DNA of 64,000 nucleotides from Blasia pusilla (Eukaryota): NCBI GenBank assembly GCA_050084515.1, contig CM114271.1, positions 25,978,001 to 26,042,000 on the forward strand, in the 5' to 3' direction. The notes beneath the pieces are model-generated. The model ran no database searches and was not told the DNA's origin. It worked only from the letters and a program-made list of their open reading frames with translations. Every line of letters starts with the position of its first letter. Positions within the stretch are counted from its first letter, which is position 1. Made by a program: the position numbers and the translations under genes. Of this stretch, positions 25,338 through 37,313 are shown piece by piece.

Positions 25338-28300
25338 ATATTTTCATGTTGTTGGATCATTGGCTTGTATGATTGGAATGTCAAATATTTTCAATAAAAC
25401 AGTCTAAAAATCCCAAAATTAAACTAAAAATTTACCGAAAAGATTTACAAGTTGTTTGCAAGTCAAACAAAAAAATTGTGTTAACATTGTATTGCAACTA
25501 ATTTGAGAGTTTGACTTGCAATAGGATCATAGTGCAACCGTAACAATGCAAAACTTTGCGAGTCAATATGAGGTCTTTATGAGCTAATTGTTGCATATTA
25601 CAAGATGGTTGAGAGCCAATTGTGACTAGACTTTGATTTTCATGAACTTTTGAGTTCGGTCAGAATCGCAAACTTTTGGTCAAATTCTTGATCTTCCAAG
25701 TGCATCACTCGTAATTATAACTAAACTATGATTACATTGGAACTAGGGTAAGGCTTTTGAAACTCACGAAGTCATTGAATTGATCGTTTATGATGACAGT
25801 CGAATGAGAGTTCCTACACCTTTTAGCTCTACGCTAATGATCCCATCTTCCTCATTACGGTCCCTACATGTATGCCTCATTTTACTTCTCGGCTAGGTAG
25901 GCTATTTCGTTTGTGTGATTGATGTATATCGTGGATGAAAGTTTTGCATATTTGCCTACCGTAGATCATGTTACCTGATTTGTGTGACCTAAATTTGTAT
26001 GATTTATAATATTCGTGTGACTTTAACAACTTCCTATTAATCTTGTCCCATTCGTGTGATTAATATTATTAATGACTTTAACAACCTCCTACTAATTTTG
26101 TCTCATCTCTCTTATTATTTCTTGTTCGTTCCAATTTCCTCTCCCATAATGGTGTGTATACCTCGTATACAAACTTGTTGGTATATGGAAAAAAAAAACT
26201 CGTCCCAAAACTTGCCCTCCCTCGTATTCTCTCCTCTCAAAACTCCTCCGTGCGGTTATTCTCTCCTCCCAAAACTTGCCCTCCTTCATATTCTCTCCTC
26301 TCCACGTGGCTATTCTATCCAGTAGTATACAAACTAGTGATGGTTTGTTTTTGCCCCATCCGTCCTATTCTGTAGAATACAAACTTGTTTGTATATGGGC
26401 ATTTTTTCTCTAGTCCCAAAACTTCCCCTCCCTCGTATTATCTTAAATATAAAAACCAATGTACATAGTATACAAACTGCTAGTGGTTTGTACGAGCTGC
26501 AATTTGTTTTCTCTCCCACCCTTATCAAATCAAAGGGCTGCATATTGGTTGTCATCCCTCGCTCAACTCCTCACTACTTCATACCTTTTTAATATACTCG
26601 TTAATATATCCTTATGCCTTGTCTTCATTTATCATTCTACCATGCATCCCTCGATCCTAGCCTTGGTTCTCACATATTTTGTTGATATATCCCATATAAA
26701 GCTCCATTGGATACATCCATCAACATGCCATTTGCCACATATGCTGAACTCTTCTAGGATGGGAATCAAGAGATACACATCACATTAAAGATGGAAGGGA
26801 TGAAGTGGATTTGAAGGACACAAAATCTGTTGTAGCATGTGTGGACTTTGAAAATTTTGGGATGGATTATACACCTTTTCCGATACCATCCTTGAAATGG
26901 GAGGAAACTTGATGATGGTCATCATTTTCAGATCCTTCAAAAAACCTTGGAGTTGTTGCATTGAATGAAGATGTGGTAGTCGTGTGATTTCATATTGCAC
27001 AACTTTTGATTTATCACATGCTTATGTTGTTCTCCACAATATTTGGTTGGTATTTTCAAGAGCCGCCAAACTCTTATGAGAAAGATGTTTAAGTCAAGGG
27101 CAGCAAGAGAGTAATCATAAATAGGGTAAGGAAGACCTTGGGGTATGGGAGGATGGCGTTGTTACCACAAATATGAATGAATTATACAAGCCTATATAAT
27201 ATATCTTTTGACTTAGATGATATCCTTCACTCTAAACAAAGTCTTCGCCAAATTTTTGACTAAATTGATCTTCATGTGTATAACATATGTTTTATGTTGT
27301 ATAAGAAAGCGCTTAATTTTGATTAAGGAATCCATGCAAACCCTAAATACTTTAGGATAATTAACACTTACAAATTTATAGTTAGAATCTCATTATTGCT
27401 AGCTACTATCCTAAAAAAAACATGGAAAGGAAAATATGTTAGATTTGTGGATGGTAGGTAGCCAATAAGGCAAAGCAAACAATAACTTTGCCTTTTCACT
27501 CACATCCCCTTTTAGGATCACTACAACCATACTCTGAACCGGATAAACCCCAAATCTCATTATGGATTTTTTTTTTTAATTTGTCGATTCAAATAATTAT
27601 TTAGTAAGACATTTAGTAGCCGATGGTCTAAGTTGTTTATCAATATTAAAATGAACTCCATATCTAAAACTCTTCCATAGATGGTTCATTCAAAGGCAAG
27701 TGTGGACGGTGAAACCAAACATGGGCTTTCTACATGATTTTGGAAAATACGAGTCCACTCAAGGCCGGCATACAATACAACAAAGTTTCCCACTATGACT
27801 CTGCCCACACATGGTCCCATGCATTAGGTAATCATTTTTGGTCTATAGTAAGCTAGCCCTTAACATAGAATCTTGATCATCGCATAATCTTTGAACATCG
27901 TTGAACAACACTTCTCTCCATATTTCTTATAAATTTTATTGTAAGGGATGTAAGAAAGTAAGTTTTTTACCACTAATAGTGACATTATCGAGTAAAGTCA
28001 AGTAGAGCTTTACAAAAGAATTATTAGAGCCGAGGGGAGGCAAGTTATAGTTCACAAAAAGCATTGACCATCATTGATACATTCATGTTGACTTTGCAAG
28101 TCCCATATATAAGCCACACCAAAGTTGTAGTGCGATAGCAATATAACTGCAATTTTATCGCAATTTTGTGAGTGTTGAATTTGCAACTGTGAACTAACCC
28201 TAAAAAATAGAATATGACAAAAAAATTGGTGACAACAACGCTCCTCAACAGTTTCATTTAATTCTTGTGCTCTGACATCTCGTCATAGTTGGTTTGCGAT

Positions 28301-28540
28301 GAGCCTTTAATTGACTTGCCTTTGCCTCATACATTTTTCCAATATTGGAGCTACACTACGCACTAGTTACAAATCAAAGTTGCAATGAAACCGCAATGTA
28401 GTTTATGAATCTCAATTACAAAAATCTTGCATTTAAAAGAATTGGAGTTTTTTGTTTAATTTTTTTTCATAAAAAAATTCGATTTCATACATTCGACATT
28501 CCAATCATTCAAATAGAATGATTCAAAAATGAAAAATATT
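25338..28540. mobile_element. Possible old TIR-element remnant bounded by diverged long inverted repeats
   Basis: TATTTTCATG...ATCATT...ATGATTGGAATGTCAAAT...AAATTAAACTAAAAA (about 25338-25430) resembles the reverse complement of about 28445-28540. No TSD or clear transposase recognised. Confidence 0.35.
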
Positions 28541-31086
28541 TGTGTATATGTTGTTGGATTCTCTACATCTATTTCTCCCTCAGCACCATTAATATACTCG
28601 GCCCTGTTATATGAGGAGAAGCATAGATTGATGATTCTGACTTAACCTTGAAGAAGTCATAGTAATATGACGTAGGTGGTTTTTTGGAGTAGCGTTACTA
28701 GAATTATCTAACCCTACATTGCATCAGGGTACGGGGCACCGTGATGTGTCGTAGGGGTCAGAGGGCATAACCCGCTGAAAATTTAGACAAAGAAACGAAG
28801 AAAACAAGGTAAAAAAACCCTACTTTCCCGAGTAGTCAAATAGTCGGTAGCCATAGCGGTAGCGCATTCTCGTTTGTAGAGTTATCTCCATGTTCAGGTT
28901 CCATCGAAGCTCTTCTTTTGAGTGCACGCACGGACAAGGCCACTTTGTATCTCCAAGATTTGTAATAAAATTTAGTGATTTTATTTTATTTCATTTTTTT
29001 CACATATGTGGAGTTTTTTTGTACAAAAATCAATGTGCGGTACTCTTGACGCTGATGTCGTTAATCCTACCTACAATGCTAGTAATCCTACACCACATAT
29101 TATAGCACGCATACAGGCTTGCTCTAGACTTGTGGATTGTAGGTCTAATAAAAGAAGATGTCCCAATGAGCGTTGCCATCTCCAATGACTATAGTCGGAC
29201 TAACCTATATAGCAATTGCCTCCACAACTCATACGATCTTTTCATGAGGTGGAATTGGAATTGCTCGTATACTGGATCCCTATGCATGAGATAGGCACAA
29301 CTTTGCCATCCTCACATGGGCTACACTTCTTCAACCCCTCGTGGAAGTATCCCCCCAAACTTCCCCACACCTACAAAAATACACTCATATTTGTACACTA
29401 ATACCACAAAAAAAGGTTGAAAAAGAGGGCTATGATGGCCAACGGGGAGGGCTCTTTTGGTTCTTTCTAAGGATGTAAGAGGTGAGGAGATGTCTTCCAA
29501 GAGCCATCCTTCTTATGTTGAGGCTAGGAAACACTCTTCCTTCCAAGGTTTGTTTAGAGTTTGGGTGTTAGAGTCTGCATCTCCTCATGGTGGAGGCTAC
29601 GATGAATGTCACTCGACGAGAATATATAGATTCGAAAGTGGAGTTGGGAGCATGTGCCATCGTTACTTTGATTTTTTTTTGTGATCTTGATATACACGTG
29701 CAAGTAATTTTTTGGGGTCTTTGGATCTATCTGTGCATGGGGAAGATGGATGGTATTTATTGTGTGGATGCAAAAAATGACGTTGATTGTGTAACAATAT
29801 GCATGCGAGCAAAAAATTTTTACGTACTAATGGTTGTATGTGGATGAAGTGTATATCCCTTCACAAAATCACAATGTTCAGGCTCAGTACATGGTAAGAG
29901 CAAACTAGTTTATGTAGAAATTATGTATTCCATAGGCATGCCATCGACTTCTTAAGCTCCTCCTTGGACCTTCTAGTACCTTATTTCACAATGCTTCTAT
30001 TGTTCTTACCGCCTTTCCTTGTCCCTCATGCCCCCCATTTGCGTTGCTCTCATCTACATCCTTTCGAATAGAACACAAACAAATCATTAAAATTTTGAAA
30101 AGAATATGGGTGAGATAGTTTACAAGTTGAAACATTTTGTGGGCCTATAAACCAATCACCAAAATATTGAGAAATAATCTACTATTGAAGTAGGGTGCCT
30201 ATGCAATTGAAGAACAAGATTTTCAGCATTGAGAAAAAGAATTTCCCAACAAGCATGGCATCTCATGGAGAATAGCCAATTAATTAGACATTAGAAAGAG
30301 TGGGTAGTATGTGGAAATGGTACGTGGCTTAGGGAAAGTGGATATGTGAAGATTTAGGGGGAATGGGCAATTAAGGGAGGCTCTACAAGATTTCCACTAC
30401 TCCACTACCTTAGAAAATCTGATCTCCCTTGCACTCATTCTTCATTTAAATTTTGGCCGATGTGGGAGCTTTGTGCAAATGTAGAAATGACATGCTCTAT
30501 CACTTGAACATGACTTGACCTGTGCGTAGTACGAGCATACCGCACGGTGGTATCATGTGTTGGAGATAGAATACCTATTTCATCACGAATTTTAGTTACA
30601 AAAGGGATGTATAAATGTGTGAGCACTGCATATCTTCCTATTCTAAATTGGAATATCATTCTTTTCTGTATGGGGAAAATCCAACCCAAATTTCTTTCCA
30701 GAAAAAAAGTCCCATTATATATAAGAAAAACTCTGTCTTTCTCACCATAAATTTTCCCCAACCAAGATATTTGTTTATGGCCCTAGCTTAAAGGCCTTAA
30801 ATTGCGATTGTCCAGGAGGTTTGTGCAGAACTCCATATTTTATGCAGAGACACCAGAGTGCTCCTACGAATCCCTAAAGTGACGTGGACCAACAGAACTC
30901 GAGTTTTTGATTACTTGCCAACACTTCGGGGATTCGTATTGAAGTCTTGCTGTGGCCGCCATTACTTATTTGTCAATTCATCCATGGTCTATCACACATT
31001 GGAATCTTAGTATTCATTAGAACACGTTTCGTGTCTATTATTATAAAATTTTGTATTGATTACCTTTGTAATGTAGCATCCTTTGT

Positions 31087-32107
31087 TGTTGTGCGCCCAC
31101 TCTCCTTGAATGTTAATCTTTGTTGTTGCGGAAGCGTGCGTTCAGTAGGATACGCTCTCAATGTTGATCTGCATCCAAACACGCACTCACGTTAGTCGGG
31201 TTCAGATCAATCGGCGGTTCTAACTTTCCGAGTTCTCGACTCGACCTCTCATTAAGCTCAACCTTCCTAGTTTTGCGGTTTACAACACAGGCAAGTCTCG
31301 AAAGACTTGGGACACACTTTCTGGTCGGTTCACAAACCTCAAATGGCGTTTCATGCCTGGCGGTTCCAACTGTCTAATGGACATCCAATGAGTCGCTAAT
31401 TTCCACTCACACAAACTGAATCGCGGGTTGGAATCCAAGTGTGGCTTACGAAATCCACTCTCTTGGATAAGGTTTGGGTTTCGAATTCAATTCCAAACTC
31501 TCGTTCCATCCCGTGCCCTTGAGATGCCGTTTGGTGCTCAAAATGGAGTTCGTGTTCCAAGACTCCTTGGAGAGACTCCCCTTACTGGTACTTATGGGGA
31601 TCCCACCATCCCCCTAACTTTAGGGAAAGACAGTCGGGCCCCTCAGATTGGCCCTCCACCCGATTGCTCTCACAGTCGCTTTCGGCCAATATCTCATCCT
31701 ATACTCATGCCTCTTTTGAGATATTTGGTGCGTTGGAAGCGTATTAAAATAAGATTTCCAACGCGTCCTAATTTGACCCAAATGCACCTAGGGGCTAAAA
31801 GTTACGGTCCAAATCATAGTCAAAATCCCCAAACGCTGTTCCAAAATTGGTTCTCACATCTTTGGCAACCAACCTCCCAAGAGTTAACTCATCTCAAGTC
31901 TTGGTTAGCGTTTGGTACAGGTTTCTTGGTCGTGACCACAAATGCATGAAATGAATAACTCTGTTCCGTGTTTCTTCTTTTGGACTTTTCCAAGAAACCT
32001 TTCCAAAAGCCTCTCCAAAGTGCGATCATCGTAGCGTGAGTCCACTAGAGTTATGATGTTCCGCTTGGCACCTATTTGGTGTTCGTTTGGTTATGAAGGT
32101 CACGACA
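31087..32107 (+). mobile_element. Solo LTR (1021 bp), same family as 5189-6187
   Basis: TGTTGTGCG...TCACGACA termini. Near-perfect TSD TTTGT (31082-31086) / TTTAT (32108-32112). Co-linear similarity to the reverse complement of 5189-6187, e.g. TGTTGCGGAAGCGTGCGTTCAGTAGG and ATGTTCCGCTTGGCAC. Confidence 0.85.
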
Positions 32108-32272
32108 TTTATATATCGTATGTCGTATTATGTAAACTCAACCATTATGTTAACCTCACAATCAACATTACATATCCATCACAACATTCACCAATTGGTA
32201 TAGTATATTCAACTTTGTATCATAGACTTTCCAAGCTATACTTTCCCATGCTATACGTACTTTCTCCTGTTG

Positions 32273-32508
32273 TTTATATTGAAGGCCTACGTAGTGTCTC
32301 CCTTGGATTGAAGACTCCCATTAGTGTCTCCCGTGGTTTGTATTGAAGGCCTAAGTAGTGTCTCCCTTGGATTGAAGACTCCCGTTAGTGTCTCTTGTGG
32401 TTTGTATTGAAAGCCTAAGTAGTGTCTCCCTTGGATTGAAGACTCCTGTTAGTGTCTCCCGTGGTTTGTATCGAAGGCCTAAGTAATGTCTCCCTTGGAT
32501 TGAAGACT
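32273..32508. repeat. 64-bp minisatellite, about 3.7 copies, built from two related half-units
   Basis: GAA(G/A)GCCTA at 32281, 32345, 32409 and 32473. Each unit contains ATTGAAG...TAGTGTCTC twice. Confidence 0.92.
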
Positions 32509-35081
32509 GCTATACACAATCACGAAATTGGTCTCTCGGTTTGTATTGAAGACTAAACACAAATTTAATTTTTTATATTGTGGGTCTCTAGATTAAATCT
32601 CCCACTATGTTCAATCTTGCCGAAGGTCTTAGAGTCTTGCGTAGTCCTCAATTGCAATTTCCACTTTCTTACCTCCAAAGTAGGTAGCAAGAGTTAGCTT
32701 GTACATAAAGGGGTGTCATGCATACAATGCATTTGAGAGCTAAGAAAATGTTTATAGGGAGATTGAATCGTGAGCGAAGTAGTGCCCAACCACGATTGTG
32801 CAATCGGAATCCCCACGCCGGAGTACCAATTATTTTTTTTACGCAAAGTCTGCAAATAAGACACTTTCTTTTTATACGTATGTGTACACTTACATTCTCA
32901 TATTTAAAAGAAAAAATATACCCCACCCCACTGTTGGGGCCGCCACCCTAGTTTTGTTTTTTCAATCCAATGAACATAATAAACAAACTATATGCTCTCC
33001 ACAACACAAAATTCATAAACCCACGCCTTCACAAGCATAGTAAAACACGTGTCGGCATAACAGCCGTTGGTGTAATGCAAAGGATTGACCCGTAAGTTTG
33101 CCCGACCCATAATGCTCTCCTTACCCTTCCGCTCAAAGGCGATAAGACTGTGCTAAAATAAGCTAAGTAGGTGGGCTCTTAATTAGATTCCTAGGACCAA
33201 CAGCGAATCTATCTAACTTTGCAAGATCCGTGTGGCCTCCCTTCGCAATAATATAGAGTGGGTGCGTGGCAATTAAGCGCCGATAGACCTAATAAATCGA
33301 AGAAGAGTGAGTTCGTTTCAAATATGGCAAACGCTTGAGAATGATTATTTTTCTCCCCTTAAAGTATTCTTTCCCTCCATGTTTGTTTTTGTTTAACTTT
33401 GCTATTCGACTATGGAACTCACCGCTGTAATAACTGTAATATCATGAGAGGAAGTCGTCGTAAACTCGATGGGCATTTCGAAGCCACCATTTTCAAAGGG
33501 CTCAATAAACGACGAGATATTTGACTAGGACTTTGCCAAATTCAGGAGCTCATGTGGCAACATAACATAACTAGCTTGTGGAAGTTGGAATCTACCCCAC
33601 CCAAAAGCCAGAAGGACGAGATCATAAGACGACAATAAAGCACAAGGGAAGCACGATATGGAGAATAATAAAGGGGAGTTAGAGCAATCTTCAATCTAAA
33701 TACTAATGGGAGAATGTAGTTTTCTCAAACTCCTCCTATGTTTGACACGTGTCATTAAATTTCTCTCAAAATTACTTTTGTTATCTTAAGAGGGTCTGAA
33801 AATTGGCAGAAGGAATGAAGTTGTTAATAGGGGTTGTGCATCGCCCTCCCTCGCGGGTCCTAACTAGTATGGCAGAGGGTGATGGCGTCAATATGGAGAG
33901 GTGATAGGAGGGCAGTAAATCACCTTAGTTTTTAGTTTGAGAGGAGTGTAAGAAACATACTTTTTGTCAAGTACCTAATGCTACTTGAGTTGTCAATGCA
34001 AGGTATGGAGAGGAAAATACTGGTAGAAAGTCAAAAACGATTTTCAAGGTTGGTGTGGCCTCCCTTGGTTAAATAAATTTTTGGCATGAAAAAGAAGATA
34101 CAGAATTTAATGACCAAGGATAGCAAAGAAAGTTAAATTACACAAAAGACATATAGTGCTTAAAAAATTAATTGAAAGGTTTGGTATCTATTAAGAACTC
34201 ATAAATTTAAAATTAAAATTGCATGAGGAACGGTTGTCTCCTATAGTTACTCTTAAACTACTATTAATTTTCAATCAAATTTTCAAAATTTGAAAATAAG
34301 AGTTGGATAATTTTTTTACACTTGAATTTAATTTTGCATTCTCGGCAGGAACGGGTACCTTACTAGTGAAGCATAAACTCCATACTATTAAAGGTTCTTA
34401 ATTTGTCAAAAGCCTCTAGGTGAAAGATTTGACCTGGTCAAAAAGCGATATTTTTCCTCCACAACGAGATATTTAGGACCATGACTATATCAAATGTTTT
34501 CGTGCACATGGTCCACAATTTGACACATTCCCGTATTTAGTGCAAAGCCCTCTATTGAATCCCAACTCCATATCCAAGTTCCTAAGCAAACCCTTGAAAA
34601 TACATGTGTAGGAGCCCCCCATATTCTGCTTACCTCTCTTTATTAACCTTCATCCCTACCATTAGGGGGCCATGACACTAGTTTTTCTAGGTCAGAGTCA
34701 CGGAGTGACATCTCACATCTCACTAGGTTTCCACTAATTGCCAATCGTTAGGAGACGCAAATGGACAATTCACAAATCTATATTCGGCCATATTTCGACA
34801 CTCCTCACCCGATATTTCCCACCATTTCTTCGTGTTTCATTTTCTCTTGGGAGAAACGAAGAGCAGGGCATGAGTGAAGGAAGTAACTCAAAAGTAAGTG
34901 AGAGTGCCAAGGAAAGAAGAAGCACACGGAAATCATGAGAAGCAGTCGCCTTGGAATCTTGGGACACTTCAAAAAGCATCAAGAAGAGCACCAATCCGAA
35001 CGAAGGAGAGGAGACCTGGAAAATGATTGTGTGGAGGCTCGTAATCAGCCTGCCAACTACTCACTAAATGCCTTTGAATGC

Positions 35082-35520
35082 TAGGGTTAGGGTTTCCGAT
35101 GTCGGCTCTCCGTGCCATACCGTCCGTCCGTCCGTGTCATTCGGACACAGGCGGATGGATGGTCGTGAACGGAGGAGTCCGTTGTGTGGGGGTTAGTCCG
35201 AGGACAGGATGAGAGCGCGCTGCTGTGGACGGACACTCGAGATATTCCTTCCTTCCGGGCCGCTTGTACATCCGCCGGGGCGTAAATGGAGTGGACGGAA
35301 CGTTTATGATCCCAGTAAGCGGCTCTTAATTATGCACCTGCTAATCCACGGAGAGACTGTGTCCACGTAAGACCAAGCGATGCGCGTGCCATGGAGAGGG
35401 GTGCGCGTAAGTAGCTGATCAACCTTTCACACATACATATACAACATACATACATACAAACACATGTACGGACATACATTCATGTCACAGCATACTTCAG
35501 TACACCGGTGGGACCCACGT
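35082..35520. promoter_or_regulatory. GC/CpG-rich promoter-like island with telo-box-like TAGGGTTAGGGTTT and GTGGGACCCACGTG (TCP-like site overlapping a G-box)
   Basis: CpG-rich relative to the flanks. Motifs are visible at about 35082-35095 and 35508-35521. Target transcript unknown. Confidence 0.35.
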
Positions 35521-36668
35521 GATTTCCCCAATTGCTGCAAGCCCTAACAGACCCCCACTACTACTGCTGCTGAGTCAGCATTCTTGGCTTTAACTACCAT
35601 CCCTTTCACAGGCAGTACACCTGTTGCCACAACCGTTGATATCTAGGATTGGAGCATTTTGACCTTTCCCCCCAACCTCCTTTGAAGCATGACGTCCCCT
35701 CCAACCGTTGCCAGTGTTAGCTGGGCTTCTTCATGTGCCACTCCAAGCTTCCTGTGAGGGGCTCTTCAGCATGCATGATGAGGCTGCCATGCTGGCTACT
35801 CCCTCCACAATGTCTCCATGTATGTGCATGTCATCGCCTACCACTCACTGCCACTCCTTGTCCTCCTTGGATCTTGCTATTCTTGCTTCCTAATGCATGT
35901 ACCTCTCTTTCCTCTTCTCCCCTCCCCCCCCTTATGCTGCTGATCCTCTCCCTCTCTCTCTGTGGCAAGAAAGTAATATTCCTGACCATGATATTCCACA
36001 TCCTTTCTATGTTTTATGTAGATGGAGATCTTTGTGGGTTGAGTGGTATGTGGGTCAGAGTGGGAATAGTGGTCACTATTTTTAGCGTGCTTACTTGATT
36101 GCTTGCCCGTAAACCCTCCTGTCCTCTGTCTCTAAGTCTCCTTGGAAGGGGACTCCCTGAGCTTAAGTGGGTTTATTCCAGGAGAAGAGTGATGGGGAGA
36201 GGGTACAGGTACAGGGGGAGTGCCGTTGCCCTCTCCTTCTGAAACGTAGTGGTGGTGATGGACGGAGAAGAGGAGGAGGAGGAGTAGTAGTAGTAGTAGA
36301 GTACAGAGTACCCCCTACCAGGAGAGTGACATGTGAGGAAAATTGTGGATGCTGTCTGTGCGTTGTTGTTGGTTATGCTGGTGATTGTTGGTTTGTTCAT
36401 CCTGTCTGTATGCATGGGGGCCAGGAGGGTGTGGCAGGGAGGAATGACGAGGGAAGGGCATCGTCAGCGAGGGATGTGGAGGAGAGAGAGTGGAAGAGGT
36501 ATACATGTGGGAAGGAGAGTACGGTTGACTAGGTTGGGAGCATGTAAATTGATTTGATTTGATTTGATTTGATTTGATTAGCGCGGATTCGCAAGTGCTG
36601 TTGGAGCCAGGACTGACCGGAGGCACACCCAGAGAGAGAGAGAGAAAGAAAGAAAGAGAGATAGACAG

Positions 36669-37171
36669 GTAAGTGGAGGTTTAAGGGAGAGGAAAAAATG
36701 CTGAATTGATGCGACGGTTGTGGCGTTTGGGAAGGATGACCTCGAAGGTAAATCGCTTCAGCTGGCCAGCTTGGGATTGACGGATAGGGAAACAAAGTGA
36801 CTGTAGATCGATTGGCAAGAGACATAGGGAAAGCGAAACAGATCGCAGAAGATTGGCTTACGAGAGCAAAACATGTGGGATTAACGCGTGGCGCTCTTGA
36901 GTCGATCCTTGGCTGTGTAGACTTGAAGAAGCCGACGCGATGACACGCCAGTTCTGCATATAATTTAGAGTATAAAGAAGAAATACTGCGTTTTAAGATG
37001 TGGTTAAATACTTAGCGTGCCACATAATTCCGCAGATAGTGATGTAAAGTATTGTAGCGTGCGCGGGAAGAGAGACACTGCTCGGCGGAGTTCAAACAAA
37101 TTGAAATCAAAGACCCAGGTCTGAGGAGTTGGGGACAACAACATCAGTGAAATTAGAGATTAGAGATGCAG

Positions 37172-37218
<47 letters not shown>

Positions 37219-37256
37219 AACTGTTAATAATCTGACATTCTTCTGCTGATATGCAG
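36669..37256 (+). other. Putative 5'-UTR intron of the MORC gene
   Basis: CAG|GTAAGT donor at 36669 after a GA-rich leader. Branch-like CTGAC/CTGAT, then ATGCAG acceptor ending 37256, 57 nt before the ATG. Contains a (CT)n(CA)n tract. Confidence 0.5.
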
Positions 37257-37313
37257 CCGCCGTTGCCTGAGGATTGATGCGACCAATTCCCTCGTGGGGT
37301 TGAGGTTCATGCG

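Noticed and set aside
31428..31949. 173-aa ORF (and ORFs within 5189-6187)
   Set aside because: They lie within solo LTRs, use non-ATG or incidental starts, and have no recognisable protein similarity.
32273..32508. CRISPR-like appearance, and TTGGATTGAAG similarity to miR159
   Set aside because: The 'spacers' repeat, there are no cas genes and the context is eukaryotic. The miRNA match is only about 11 nt with no hairpin.
33835..34370. Helitron-like 3' ends (CTAG|T after GC-rich patches) near 33868 and 34367
   Set aside because: Hairpins are weak. No 5' TC end or Rep/helicase remnant identified.
36140..36165. CCTGAGCTT resembling a miR390/TAS3 target site
   Set aside because: Only about 9 nt complementary. 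No second site or tasiARF-like sequence seen.
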